Positions 28,609-43,205 of a stretch of DNA of 64,000 nt are shown here, piece after piece. The notes under the pieces are model-generated. The model had not been told where the DNA came from. It searched no databases and was given only the letters and a program-made list of their open reading frames with translations. Where the stretch lies: the NCBI GenBank assembly GCA_951406725.2, contig OX597824.1:49352001-49416000 (forward strand), written 5' to 3'. Made by a program: the position numbers and the translations under genes. Every line of letters begins with the position of its first letter. The stretch's first letter is position 1. The DNA comes from Octopus vulgaris (lineage: Eukaryota).

Positions 28609-30253
28609 TAAAGCCAAAACCTGTTGTACAACTTATCACTACTACATGACAGATGTGTGTATAAGGGTATAGGAATGCTGACAGGTTTAAGATATTTGTT
28701 TCACAATCATGAGATTTTTGGTTCAATCTCACTGTGTGGTACCTTTTAACATGTGCCTTCTATTCTAGACTTGAATTGATCAAAGCCTGGTGAATAAAAT
28801 TTATGTAGATAGAAACTATGAAAACCTACCAAATAGACTGTACCTGATAATTAAGGGGCCAGCCTTGTCATGCACTGTCAGTGGTGGGGTGTTACATTTA
28901 AAGGTTTGGAATACAATCATTTACATTGTAAGTCAGTGAGCAGGTAGATCTGTTGATAGAGGAACTGGCATACTCTTTGTTGAAGCTGGCAGAAGATTCA
29001 TTCCCACATGTGTATGCCTAGGAATCCAGCATTAACATTTAATGGAAATAACTTTCCTTTTTCCATGATTCTTGCTGCTATGCCTATATTTTAGGTATTC
29101 TTTACAGAATAATTTTTTTTTTTTTAGCTCTACTTGCCACATTAAAGGTGTATAGTCCTGATAAAATATGTATTTTAGAGGTTACATTTTTTTTTGTTTT
29201 TAAATGAAAGTAGTAGTATAATCTTTTTATAGACTCTTTTCTTGACTTCCCATCCTAAACACATCCACATTAGGCAAGATTATTAGTGATGAAGATGGCA
29301 ATAATATTGTATCATTTTTATTATACCATTAAACCATGTTTGATATTGATGTAGTTCCCAGGGTGGTGAGTTGGAAGAATCGTTAGCAGGCCAGGTAAAA
29401 TGCTTAGTGGTGTTTCATCCACCTTTATGTTTTGAGGTCGACTTTGCCTTCCATCCTTTTGGAGTCAATAGAATAAGTACACTAGGTCAATGTAATCTAT
29501 TTACCTCCTCCCCTAAAATTGCTGGCCTTGTGCTAAACTTTGAAAGTGATATTAATGTAGTTACCTGGATGGCAAGTTGGCAGAATGCTTAATAGCATTT
29601 CATCCAATTTCACGACAGTAGTTGACTTTACCTTTTATCCTCTCAGGGTTGATTAAAAAAAAAAAAACTACCAGTTGAGCACTGGGGTTGATGTGATTGA
29701 CTTACTCCCTCTCCCAAAACTGCTGGCTTTGTGCCAAAATTTAAAACCAATATCAATGTATTTCCTTTAATTTGTATTCTCAAGATTTAAAACTAATTTT
29801 GTTTTCCTTCTAGGAGTGGTGGTTAGTTTCAATTTTTATAATTTTTTGGATTTTAATCATTCTCAACTGAGCTATTGGTTTATTTGCTGCTAACTTACCT
29901 CACTGTACCTGTCTAGCTAATTGTAAATTGGCAAGTACATTATAGGCTGTAGAAATATTATGTAGCTGGTGAGTGTTTTCTTAGCTTTCTTCAAGCCAAT
30001 AGTATGATTTTTTTAAAAATTCATTATTGCAAGCTATTTGATCACCCTGATATTCTATTTTTTTATGTTCAAACTAACTAGATTCAATCTTTCATACCTA
30101 CCCTACAATGTCATTCTAAAAATAAACAATTACATCATTGAAATCTCAAAGCTTCAAGATAATGCATTATTCAAAGCAATGTGAATAAATAAGCATTGTA
30201 TTGGAGAGAGTAATTTGAATGCTTTGAAATGATCTTCAATGGTGCCTCTTCTA

Positions 30254-31486
30254 TTAGGATGTTCTGAAAATAATGGCTGCTCTAAATGTTTTGAAATGCA
30301 ATTTTATCATAGTATTTTAATTATATTTTAGGTGAATTTTAACATACTTAATAATTGATGTATGCTCTTTAATAATTTTATACTTATTTCATACAGAAAA
30401 TATTCTTGAAGCATAGGCGCCCTTAATTATGAACATGACAAAAAAGGACCTTTGCTTACTTTTCTTGCAGGAGTTCAAACTTGAGCACAATGCCTCCCAA
30501 ATTGCTGCCAATAACAACAGAGCCTGGGAAGAGGGGTCCCCAAGTGATTGCACAGTACGAAGGTGGCTTCAGAAATTCCATAGTGGGGATGAGAGCCTTG
30601 AAGATGAAGAAGGTAGAAGACAGTCATGCAACCTTGACAATGAACAATTGAAAGCAATTGTTGAACAAAATCCACGTCAAAAAAATTTGGTATCAGTATT
30701 ACAACTCTCACACACAATCTGTAGACGATTGGTAAGGTGAAAAAGCTCGGTAAATGAGTACTGCATGAGCTCAATGAAAATCAAAAAGTTTGGCGTTTTG
30801 AAGTGTACTCAATGCTCTTTCTGCAAAATACCTGTGATCCTTTTCTTGACCAAATAGTCACTTGTGATGAAAAGTGGATCCTTTATGATAACTGTAAATA
30901 AGGTCAATGGCTTGATTGTGAGGAGTTCCCCAAACATTTCCCAAAGCCAAAGTTGCATCAGCAAAAGATTATGGTAGCTGTCTGGTGGTCTGCAATTGGT
31001 GTTGTCCATTACAGCTTTCTGGAAACCAATCAGAACATTACAGCAGAAGTTTACTGCAATCAACTCGCTGAAATGCATGCTCACTTGCAAAAATGGAGAT
31101 CTGCATTGGTGAATCAGCATTGCCCAATTCTGCTCCACAGTAATGCAAAACCACATGTTGCAAGAATGATGCTGCAGAAACTCACAGACTTGGGAAACGA
31201 GACTTTACTATCTCCTCCATATTCTCTTGATCTTTCATCCACTGACTACTTTTTTTTTTTTTTTTTTAAGCATTTAAACGTTTTTAAGTGATAAAGCTTT
31301 CAGGTCCAAAGATATCTTAGCATCAAAGCCACTAAGTTTTTATCAACAAGGCATAAATAATCTTGTTGATAGATGGCAGATGCATAGCTGTTCACAGCTC
31401 ATACTTTCACTAATCAAAACATTTCTATTAATTTTTCCAGAATAAAATTGTTTCTGAAATTGGCCATTATTTTTGGAATAACTTAA
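30254..31486 (+). mobile_element. Degenerate mariner (Hsmar1/SETMAR-like transposase pseudogene)
   Basis: TIR-like ends ta|ttaggatgttctgaaaataatggc and gccattatttttggaataacttaa|ta; peptides TVRRWLQKF, IVTCDEKWILYDN, KIMVAVWW, HSNAKPH and PYSLDLSSTDY, with stops and frameshifts. Confidence 0.92.
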
Positions 31487-33550
31487 TAATAGATGATTTG
31501 ATAGTTGTATAAATTAGCAGGCTGAATTTGTTAAATTCCAGATTATAACTGGTTTCAAGTTAGAAAAATTTAGCTTCACTTTAACACTGCAGCATGATCT
31601 GAGGTGAGATGGATTAGTTTTTTTTTTTATAAACATTCTTCATAACTAGAATTTTAATAATTAGATTTGTTCTTAATTCAAAGAAATATAATGAAATAAG
31701 AAAGGTGAACATTTAAATGAACTACTACTGTACATGAAAGAAATGGGTGTCCAAGTTTGTCAAAAGATAACATGAATGTTGTGAGTCAAATCCTTAAAGA
31801 TAACCTACAAGTCTCTTTATGCAGCAGCACAAACATAAACTACCAAAGACATCTGTGCACAATTCCGAAAGGTCATTTTCAGTTCTTACATGGTTTTGCT
31901 GTATAACTATTGCTATATGCTTCTATATTTATCCTAAGGGTCTTCAAAAGAAAAACAAAAAAAATTTTATCAAATACTGCCTGATTTCATATCCACAGTA
32001 TGGTGTATGAACATATTTACCATATTTTTTATTTATCCAGGATATATTCTTATACTTGTTTCAGTCATTTGACTGTGGCCATGCTGGAATCCCACCTTTA
32101 GTTGAGGAAATCAACCCCAGGACTTATTCTTTGTAAGCCTAGTACTTATTCTATCGGGCTCTTTTGCCGAACCGCTAAGTTACGGGGAAATGTGAAAATG
32201 TCTTTAAATTGTTTTCTCTTTATTACCTCTTCATTCTTAAAATATGCTTATTAGATGGCTGTATGATTAAGAATTTTACCTCAGAGTTACATAGTTCCAG
32301 TTCTACCACATTTCACTTTATAGAAGTCTCCACTACTATAACCTTCAGTGGAATTTAGAGGGAATCTACAAATGTTGTGTTCCTGTATGACCCATGGATT
32401 AGCAGGTGAAACTCAGAAACCAATAAAATGCCAGACTGAAATTACTTTCAAAGGCATTACCCCAGCAAGGATGCAGTTCATTATCATCATCATTTAAAGT
32501 CCATGTAACATAAATTTTAGGTTTTTAACTTCTTACACATGAAACCTGTGTTCTCAATGATGTCGCTTAAAGGAATCCAAATGCATATCTATCCAACAGG
32601 TATCAAGGATTTTGGATATTGACAAGTGTATTAGATAAGTCATTACTAATTTGTTCTCTGGACTACCAAGTATGATGCTTATGTGGTTACATATCTGCTG
32701 TCAATGATTTTAAAGTCTTTTAAATGTTCTTTGAATGTCTCAAGAAGAGCTTTAGTGACTTTTGACAGTACTCCTTTTTTCTTTTAAGATATATCTTTAA
32801 AATTATTTTCAATACATTGAAATAATTTACATATTTCATTGTTGAGCCAGATGTCAAAGTACTACGATCAGAGACGTTTAAACTGTGAAACCTGTCACTT
32901 TTCATTTTTCAGATTGTAGGGTGTGATTTGAAGGATATTACATTGCTATTTCTATCAGGTTAAATGAACACGAGTAGGTACAACACAGTTAACTTCCTAT
33001 TGCTGTAGCAGTGAATTTTACTTTAATGTTTCATTTACTTGCAATGCCGAATTCAGTGTTTTTTCTGGAGTATGATCAGAAAAGGGCTGGTTTTTACCAT
33101 TTTAAAATTATATTTTAGGAATGATTGTAATTATCTCTTCCCGTACCAGTATAGATGTGATTTCCTTGCGTAGTCCACTGGCTTGGAGCTTGACTTTTGG
33201 TTTCAGTTGTATAAAGTTGCGGAAAGACTATCTGATGCAGAGGTAACACGTAGAAGTTGAAATCGCTATTGTCAGTCAATGAAGAGCTCATCAGTTTCAA
33301 CAGATTTACTGCTGCCCCTACTTATTTCCAAGTATACTGGTACTCTTTGAAATCTAAATTTTTTGGCCATAACCCATGCCAGAATAGAATGTGAATGTTA
33401 ACTGATGAGTCATTGCACAATCACAATACCAGTTATTAGATACTCTCTTGACATTGTCATTTGTGGTATCCCGTACTATATAACTGGTATTTATATTACC
33501 AGCCTGGAGGTATAAATATCTGATTGATTTTACTGGAATATGAACACTTA

Positions 33551-34062
33551 TTAACCCGTTTGATACCAACCCACCCAAGACTGCCTCTGTTTCTACAATA
33601 CAAACTTCATGTTGATTTATGTTCCAAACACAAAGTCGATAATGACAAAAGTTGCTTTACCAAATTCTTAATTTTCAAAATTGAAACAAAAGCAATGCAT
33701 TTGAAAAGAAATATGGTGACAAAAGGTTTAAGCAAGAATAAAACAATGCATAATACATTTAGTTTATCTCTCTCTTCAATCAGCCTTTATAAATTATAAT
33801 TAGTCTAATTTGTAATTTAACTTTGTTACTGTCTCAACCAAGCACCTTTCGTTACTATATTTCTGTTGAAATACACTGTCTTTTATTTAATTTTTTTCTA
33901 TTAATTTTGAAAATAATGAAGAGTCTAGTAAAATAGCTTAGTCATTTTTAAGCTGGTGTTGGGAATAGAAATTAACATGGAATTTTGAAGTTTTTAATTT
34001 AAATTATTTTAAAACAGGGTGTTTGTATCATAGAACCAAGTTGCTTGGTATCAAAAAGTTAA
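33551..34062. mobile_element. Two TTAA MITE copies in opposite orientation (33551-33730 and 33845-34062)
   Basis: Ends ttaacccgtttgatacc...gtgacaaaaggttta and cctttcgttactatatttctg...ggtatcaaaaagttaa, shared with the elements at 26896 and 25605. Confidence 0.7.
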
Positions 34063-34844
34063 GGGAGATAAATTTCTCTAGCTAATAAATGAGCATTCGT
34101 ACGGTGTACTAAATAAACCTCCAACTTGCCTTAAGCTATTCTCTGTATCTGTGTGATTTCTCTTAAGAATAGACAGTATTAAAACGTCAATGTTTTGCAG
34201 AATTTGTTCCCACCTGAGTTCAAATCCTTTGGTGGTCAACTTTGTCCTTCATCCTTCCAGAAGTTAAATAAAAACAAAATCTACCAATACAAGATGGTGG
34301 ATTGACAGAACCATAAAAACATTGGTCTGGATACCTTGTGGTATTTGTTTTAGCTCTTTGCTTTTGGGGTTTAAATTTTTCTAGGTGGTGGATCTAACCT
34401 ATTGCCTTGTAATGGGCAATAGACAATGCCTTGTCTCTTGACTAAAAAATAAAAGATAAGTCCATAGAACCATACTTCTCACTCTAGTTTGATTCCCAGA
34501 CTATGGACTACCTTAATAATTTCTGTTCCACAGTTTTGATTGATCTACTCTCCAATCCCATATTGACTAAAGTATTGAGTAAAGTATCTGAAGACTATTG
34601 GAGAATAAGATTGATTAAAAGAAATACATATTTTTTTAACTTAAGTAATATCTGACCTGAAAAATATACATGTATTTATATAGTCTTTGTCAATGACCAT
34701 AAGTTTGTAATGAAGTTTTATTGTAAAAATGTATGCTTTTGTTACAGTTTCTGTTTGTGAATTTGCTTTACCATGCTGGCTTGACATCAACAAAACTACG
34801 CCACTTCTTGTCCAATGTTTTGAATCCAGGTTTGTCCCCATTAA

Positions 34845-35310
34845 GGTGGGGGTAGATCTACCTCACTCCTACAGCAACTGCTCTCACCCGGTTTTGCACG
34901 CCTCCCTCTTCAAGCCAACCCTCCCAATCTCCTCCACATTTTCTTTGGTCGACCTTGCTTTTGCGGTTCATTCACTCTAAACTCAAGTACTCTCCTCAGA
35001 ACATGATCCTCATCCCTCCTCAACACATTTCCATACCACTGCACTCTATTCGCCCTTGCCAGCTGTTCCACCAATTCCTCCAACCCCAGTATCCCCATCA
35101 AGTCCTCAACCCTCCTTTTATCGAATAGTTTCATGCCACACACTGGTCTCACCAAAGCTTTCTCAGTCTTCTCAAAATTGCCATTTCACTTTCCCACAGA
35201 CACCATGTCTCACTCCCATACAGCATTGCAGATCTCACACAACTCCGATAAGCCCTTGCTTTCATCTTCAAGGAGAACTTTTTTCCATATAATAATGTTC
35301 TACATTCTAA
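34845..35310 (-). mobile_element. RTE-clade LINE 3' fragment
   Basis: MVRPVCGMKL..RVQWYGNVLRRDEDHVLRRVLEF..QGRPKKMW. Confidence 0.85.
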
Positions 35311-37544
35311 AACATACTGCAACTAGGACATCTCTTCCTAATCTCCTTCGCACAGTCTTAGTGACAAAAGAAAGGAGTGGCTGTATGGTGAATAGCTTGC
35401 TTACCAACCATATGGTTCCAGGTTCAGTTCCACTTCATGGCACCTTGGGCAAGTGTCTTCTACTGTAGCCTCGGGCCAACCAAACCTTGCGAGTGGAAAC
35501 TAAAAGAAGCTCATTGTGTGTGTGTATGTATATATATATATATATATATATATACGTACATACATATAGATGTGTGTCTCTGTTTATGTCCCCATAGTTT
35601 AGCAGTTCAGCAAAAGAGACCAATAGAATAAGTGCGAGGCTTACAAAGAATAAGATCTGGGGTCAATTTGTTCGACTAAGGGTGGTGCTGCTCCAGCATG
35701 GCTACAGTCAAGATGACTGAAACAAAAGATAAAGGTATTTCACTGAATAAGCTATGTTAGGAGATACCTGTTGCTCATCTCTCTGATACTGCTGTTGAAG
35801 TTTGGGTGGGTGGGGGGTATTTTATTCACTGAAAATAACGAAATAACTTGGTTGTGTCAATTTTTAGGATGACATTGTTTAAGCTGTAAAATCCTCAATA
35901 CTCAGATTTTGGGCCAATGTTGAGTTTGGTACCCAAGATAGCCAAAGTACACTTACTGAACCTGTTCATATATTTGTTCAGTGTATCTACCAGAATCTGT
36001 CAATCATGAATGACAGAGATAAGGCTTTCTGAATAGCTCTAGGGTTAGCATTTCTCCATTCTTGAAAACCAGCCTCTGTTTCACAATCATTTTTGTAGTT
36101 GATTTATAATTTGGATAAGTAAAAATAACTTTTGGGCGGGTAAGGTTCCATCTCTAGTAGTGTTATTTTCCAGTACATAAAACACTATTTACACAATTTT
36201 ACAAGGCATCTGATGAATTCACCTCCCTACTTTAATAGTTCTGCATTTATGTTATCAGTAGCCGGTGATTAATTGCATTTTAGTTTTGTAACTTCCTTTG
36301 GCTCTGTATATTTAACGGGAGTGCCTTTCTTAATTGCTTTAGCACATTATTATTATCAACATCTACTTTGTGACTGCAAAGTTGCTCAGTATTCTCTTAG
36401 TAATCCAGTTACTTCATTCGCTTTGGTTAATTACATTTAGGTATCTGTTCTTTGGTTAACAATTTAACATTCAGCTATCTATTCTTTGAGTAGAACTCAC
36501 CATATTTACCTTCACACTTAGTGAGCCAAGTAAACTGTTTGCTATGTTTTACTTAAGTTATTTACTCTACAACTTTTCTCTATTATTCTACATCTGACAT
36601 TAATCCTTCTATATTTTGTCACACTAATTTTCGTTTTTATTTTTCTATTGACCAACCAGTTTTCGATTTCTGCTGTTTTTTCATACTCTCTTCTTCCATT
36701 GGGTGATTGTCCATTGTTGTTGCTTAGTTCTAAGTTAACCCTGATCAAGCAGACCTCTTGTGCTTGTTCTTGACCAGAAAAATACAGTTCAGTGCCCCTA
36801 GTGAACTGATATGTACTGAAAACTGTTTAGCTTGAAAGCTGGTACTTTCTTTCAGGTAGATATTTTTCTTACTTCCTAGAATAAAAAGTAGAATTGTTTC
36901 TTGCCCACAAAAGTAAATGCAATAAAATGACTGGCATGTAGATTTTGCTAAGATAACCTTTTAGATTATTTAGCTTGTCTTTAGAGATGAAAATTGCTTA
37001 ATATCTATGTCTACCTTATATTTTGATTTTGCATTTGTCACCAGGTGTCCTATTCTTAGATACATACATCATACAGTTTCCAATTACAAACCATTATTTC
37101 TAGACGAAGGATATAAATGCTTGTATCCACAAGGTAAATCCCATCTAGTGCTGTGTGCACATGTAAAAATATAACATCTGATGTCCATCAAAATGTAATT
37201 TTAACAATTCTTTGACTTCTAAAGATGTCTGAAGAACTATCCTAACAACTCAGATATTTAATGGGGACTTCCTTTTAAGCTTCTTTAACCATATTTGTAT
37301 CCTCTCATCTATTATTGAATTTATCAGTTCTGAGATTTAAGATAGTCAAATCTCACAGGAACTGATTTTAAGAAGTGTGAGGCACACAGTGAGATCACAG
37401 TAAGCATTTGATTCAGTATTTAAGTCTCTCTTTTAATTCTACTATTGTAATAACTCAAGGATGCTTATTTCAAAATCTGCTAGAAATAGCAGCCAAATTT
37501 CTCAAATCACACCCTACAGTCTTTAAAAAGGAATAACATGGCAT

Positions 37545-38095
37545 CATTGTCATCACCATTTAATATCCATGCTGGCATAGATCGGATGGTTTGATAGGAG
37601 CTGGTGAGCCAGAGGACTGCACTATGTTCCACTGTCTACTTTGGTATGGTTTTCTCATACCTTTGTACCATGTTTCCCTCTTCCACAGGTTCTGTCCACA
37701 TTTAGAAATCGGCACTTCTTTATGTTGCTGCCCTCATCCATATTTATCACATGACTATACCAGTACAGTCTTCTCTCTTTCACACTATCTGATGCTGCTT
37801 ATGTTCAATTTTTCTCTCAGCATATTTGCACTTTGTTGTATATACACACTGATGTTGTGCATCTGGCAGAGCATACTAGCTTCATTTCTTTCTAACCTTT
37901 GTATGTCCTCTACATTTAGTCTGTGTCTCACTATCAATACACAAGCATCGTACAATCTGCCTTTTGTTACCAATAGGGGTAACAGCTCCCTGAACTTTCT
38001 CCAGCCAGTTCTTATTCTAGTGATTATGCTTTCAGAGCTAATTAGATTGCCTAGGTAACAGAAATCATCTACTGCATCTAAGGATCCTCTATAAA
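37545..38095 (-). mobile_element. RTE-clade LINE 3' fragment nested in a SINE-like repeat
   Basis: FCYLGNLI..RIRTGWRKFRELLPLL..RLYDACV; the flanks 37470-37540 and 38100-38172 are the two halves of a repeat seen elsewhere (18078, 53172, 51950). Confidence 0.8.
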
Positions 38096-38813
38096 ATATA
38101 ATGGATTGGTCATGCTGGATTGCCTTTGCCCATAGGTCTGCTTGATCAGAACTGACCTGGGGGTTAAACAACAGTGAGGCCTTAGAGTAATAAAAATTGA
38201 AATATTTGTTTTACTTATCTTCAAAGGATAAAAAGCAAAGAGAGAAAACTAAATACTGTAAGAGCAGCTATCTATTATTGTCTGGCAGAAAGTTACATTT
38301 CTAAGGGCTATTACTCAAGTGAATCAACTTGGTACTCTCAGAGTTGACTTCAATGTGATTTGAACTCAACTAAATACTGCAAGGTATTTAGTCCAGTGTT
38401 GCTGCCATCATCATCATTATTTAACATCTGTTTTCTATGCTGGCATGTGTTGGACAGCTTCACAGGAGCTGATAAGGCCAGGGCCTACACCAGATTCCAT
38501 AACAGTTTGGCTTCTATAGTTGGATGCCAATCACTCCACAGTGTGGCATCATCACCTGTGCTTTAGAAGTGGTACCAGCACCTACACCAATGCAGTTTTC
38601 ATGGCACCTTGGTTTTAGGGTCTCAATTCTGTTGTGGTGGACAGGTTTTCTTGAGTACAGTATTGCATCATATATCTTGGTCCTCTGTCATCTCCTTCGT
38701 AGAGTTCAGCGGTTTGAGATTGGCCGATTTCTAACTTGAGTAGAAGGCCAGAAATTTTTAGGAGAGGATTAAAGTTTATATCAAACCCAGAATTTGATTG
38801 ATTGATACTTAGT

Positions 38814-39031
38814 TTAACTCTTTAGCTTTCAGATTACTCTGACAAATTTTACGCTTATTTATTCATATTGTTTTGAATTTATCTTGTAACTTCAAGATTG
38901 CAATGGTGTGAAAGTCTATTTTTAGAATGACATTGTAAGGTAGATATGAGAGGCCAGATCTGGCCTGTTTGAACATAAAACAGGTAGAATATTTGGGCTG
39001 GATATGGTCAGTTTAAATGCTAAAGGGTTAA
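38814..39031. mobile_element. Second TTAA MITE family (related partial copies near 13500-13660 and 30040-30225)
   Basis: ttaactctttagc ... gctaaagggttaa inverted ends; internal sequence recurs in reverse orientation at the two other sites. Confidence 0.7.
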
Positions 39032-40154
39032 TCACCCACCCCCAGTGAAGGTGCATGGCTTAATGGTTTGGGTATTTAGCTTATGATCATAAGGTCGTGG
39101 GTTCAATTCCCGGTGATGCGTTGTGTCCTTGAACAAAACACTTTGACGTTGCTTCACTTCTGTCAGCTGGCAAAAATGAGTTGTATTTCAAAAGGCCAGC
39201 CTTGTCATACACAGTCATACTGAATCTCCTTGAGAACTATGTTAGGGGTATGCATGTCTGTGGAGTGCTCAGCCACTTATACGTTAATTTCACAAGCAGG
39301 CTGTTCTGTTGATCAGACCAACTGAAACACTTGTCATCATAACCAACAGAATGCCAGTAACCACCCTAAAAGGGTGAACAGCAAAGAGAACTTCAAGATT
39401 TGCACTGAGAATGTAAAGGGATGTAACTAAGTTCCTTACTTTTCATTGCTCTTGATCCTGTCTCTCCACCACCATAGGTTCAATAATAATGATTTATTAT
39501 CATGTCACATAGACTCAGTACCAATATATTACTGGTATTATTTTTCTTTTTTTTTGTGAAATATGAACTCAGAACATAAAAGATATTCAATAAAGTGTTA
39601 CATTTTGTCTGATAATCAAGTTTCTCTCATTCAATGTCCAAGACATTTCATCAGGTGGTCAACCATTTGTATTATTCCACTGCACTAATAATGACCCTTT
39701 CTAATATAGGCACAAGGCCTGAAATTTTGTGGGGAGGGGTAAGTCAATTACATTCACTCAATGCTCAGCTGTTACTTATCAAGACCAAAAGGATAAAAAG
39801 TGAAGTTGACTTTGGTGGCATTTGCACTCCAAATGTAAAGCCAAAACACATTTATTCTAAATTAGTTTGATGCAGTAACAATTCTGCTAGCTCACCGTCA
39901 TAATAATAATAATAAGCCTTTCTACTAAAGGCACAAGACCTAAAATTTGCAGGAAGATGATTAGTTGATTACATCAACCCCAGTACATCACTGGTACTTA
40001 ATTTATCAACTCTCCACCCCCACCCAACAAAAGGATGATAGGCAAAGTTGACCTCAGTGGAATTTTAACTCAGAATGTAGTGGCAGATGAAATACCTCTA
40101 AGCATTTCACCTGGCATGCTAACAATTCTGCCAGCTTACCACCTTAATAGTAAT

Positions 40155-40608
40155 AATGAGGATTTGAAGTTGGGTTGAATGAGCACTTTGAGTTGGAGAA
40201 ATGCAAGATTTTTATAGGATTTTCCAGTTCAAATAGATAAAAAAATAAAAATAAGATATAACAATAATAGTGCTTACTACTTGGTCTATCATGTCTGTCT
40301 GATTCCAGGATTGTAAAGAAAGAAGATGCAAAATTAAAAAAATATAATTCCTTAAAATTTGGAATATGAAATCTGTAAAGGTTATGCCTGAGGGACTGTA
40401 AGTAATGATATAGACAAATGGTTGAAGGAGATTGGAATGGATGTCCTGTAGAGTGTTTACAGAAAGATTGCCTCTTAGGAACAGGAAAGATTATCAGAAG
40501 GGTTTTAGGCACTTGAAAGGTTATTGATAGTTTGTATATATCTAAGGTTACAGGAAGTAACCTACTATCTACATACATTCTACTCAGAATAAGACCAAAC
40601 TTGAGTTT
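40155..40608 (+). mobile_element. R4/Dong-like non-LTR element, restriction-like endonuclease C-terminus
   Basis: Plus-strand DSRIVKKEDAKLKKYNSLK and LQKDCLLGTGKIIRRVLGT*; flanked by (TAA)n. Confidence 0.7.
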
Positions 40609-41252
40609 AATAATAATAATAATACTGGTTTCAAATTTTGGCACAAGACTAATAATAATAATAATAATTTCTAATTTAGGCATAAGGCCATGAATTTTGG
40701 GGAGAGTGTAAGCAATTAGACTAATCTCAGTAGCTAATTGACATGTACTTATTTTATAAAGAAGAGTAGGGGGGAAAAGGGGAAAGTCAACTGATTTGAA
40801 CGCAAAGCTTATAACTTACTTGGGTGGTAAATTACCTGACTCTTAGTAGCATTTAGCAGAGTCCACTCTGTTGCAAGCATTTGAACCAGATCTTTGGTCT
40901 GAGAAGTGGTGGGTTCTTCCTTCTCTGCCAAACAGACATTCTCAAAGATCCAGTAAAATGTTATGGGTACCTCCCTTCCTTCATCTAAACCATAGGAATT
41001 TCCTTTTTTTAAATATCCCATGTTATTTTTTTCTGATGCTCTACTAATTCTACCTTTCTGCTACTCTCCAATAATAAATCATAAACAAATATATTATTTT
41101 AGTTTTAATATCAGAAAAAATATCTAGAAAAAAATTGATGGCGTTTGAGTAAAGTCTCCATTTATATCTATGCATGTACACGTGTGCTTGTGTGTGTGTA
41201 TAAAGAAAAAGATTGCTTTATGAAATGAGTATAAATGGCTTGAAGTCTTTGT

Positions 41253-41314
41253 TTAAAGTTCTTCTTTTTTGTCAATTTTAATGAGTTCCACTTCAAATAT
41301 TAAAACAGCATCCC
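41253..41314 (-). CDS. FKBP2: FKBP2-like terminal coding exon with KDEL-type ER retrieval signal
   Basis: ttttttttccag|GDAVLIFEVELIKIDKKEEL*; the four exons total 435 nt, i.e. 144 aa plus stop. Confidence 0.95.
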
Positions 41315-43205
41315 CTGGAAAAAAAAACAACACATTAGATTCAGTTCAGATTACTTTCATCACATTTGAATACAAGAAAAAAGACTGCTATTTATTAATG
41401 ACACAACAATATTACTCCATTCACAACATTATTCACTATTATTTATATAGATTTGCATTTAACTGAATTTCCTGAGGGTAAATGTACAATATTTTATGTA
41501 TAAATAATGTGGACATAAAGGACACATGGAAAAGGGCATTTAGTGGTAATTGAACTTATATTTCCTTTACATCTTGGTGCATTAGTTCCTATGCCATGCA
41601 AGCTTAACATAAAAGATTATTTTTTTTATTAACAAAGTGTTTGGGTATTGACAGGGTGTAATAATCTGTAAAGGACTCAAGATTCTGCTGCTTTATTCCC
41701 TGTAACTATATTACAAAATATACAAGGCAGAAAGCTGGTGGAATTTAATAATGTCATAAAATAATGGCCCCAAACTGTCCAAAGCATTGTGAGTGGATTT
41801 AGTTGATGTAATCTGAAAAAAGCTAATATAGATAGATATGAGCAGTGCATGTGTTTCTACCTTCTTGTCTTGACATCATGCAATAGTTGTAAATGAGTGT
41901 CACTGTCATACAGGCAGTTTTATTCATTTCCAATATTCCGTGAAAAGATGTCTGTCCATGATTAAATATAATCTTGCTAGGAAACAGGTGAAGATTGGTG
42001 ATAGGGAAGGGCATCCAGCCAAAGAAAATACATCAGCCTCAGCAAATTCTGTCTGGCCTATGTTATGCATGTATAGAAAAGTGGACATTAAAATGACAAT
42101 TCTTTTACCCTACATAAACAGAATGAGGAATCAAACTTCAAATGAGTTCAGGAAATAAGAACTTCTCCAAGATAAAATGTATGATAAGCTGTTATTTTGT
42201 TTATAAATCAATATAAGGCAGCAAGTTGGTTGAATTCTTGGTACATTGAACAAAATGCTTAGCAGCAATTTTTTTCTGGCTCTTTCATATTCTGAGTTCA
42301 AATCCAACTGAGTTTAACTTTGTCTTTCATCTTTTCAAGATTGATAAAATACTGATGTGTCTGTGTGTGTGTGGGAGGGGGTGATGTAATCCACTAACCC
42401 CTTCCCACTAAAATTGCTAATCTTGTACCAAACTTTGAAACCTTTTTAAGTCAATATTAAACATATAATAAAACTATGTAACTTGCTTAAAGATAGGACC
42501 AAGATACCTGGTGCCTTGCTGTACTCAAAAAGAACTGTCCACCACAGCAGAAATGTTAAGGCCACATCCTCTGGTGATACATAAAAAGCATTTGTGCCAG
42601 TGTCGTGTTAAAAGCACTCAGCATACACTGTAAAGTGATTGGTGTTAGGAAGAACATCTGGCTGTAGAAACCAAGCCAAATCAGACTGGAACCTGGTGCA
42701 GCTCACCAGCATGGAAAATGAACTTTAAAGAATGATAATAATGAGGATGAACAATGTTAATCTTTCAGTTTAATAAAACTAACCATCATCATCATTATTT
42801 TAACATGTTTTTAAGAGTCAGATGGAATTCAACGAGGCAGATTTTCTGCATTGGTTGTTCATCCTGTTGCCAATCATTCAGCAAAAAGGATAAATGTTAA
42901 AAATCTAATTGTAAGAAAACTGATTATCTGTCTCCTTTTCACAGAAACAATAAATATAAATTGCTTTGACCTTACATAATTAAAAATCTCTATCAATAGG
43001 GAACCAGCCCAACACATTTTTTTGTAAAACAAAATAATAAAGTTTGACATATTCTCTCAACAGTCAGGTAAAGTGTCTTCCCTAGAAATACATCGAATAC
43101 CTCAGGAATATTTGAAACTAATAAGCCAAAAGTGGCAGCTTACCATACCATTTTGCTGCTACATTGAATAAGTAAATGTAATTTAATACAGAACAATAAA
43201 CCAAC

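Noticed and set aside
30429-31411. Possible SETMAR-like domesticated transposase fused to ZFAND3
   Set aside because: It has multiple stops and frameshifts, and ZFAND3 has its own stop at 26386.
40144-40683. 179-aa minus-strand ORF
   Set aside because: It is the antisense reading of the R4/Dong-like fragment plus (ATT)n repeats.
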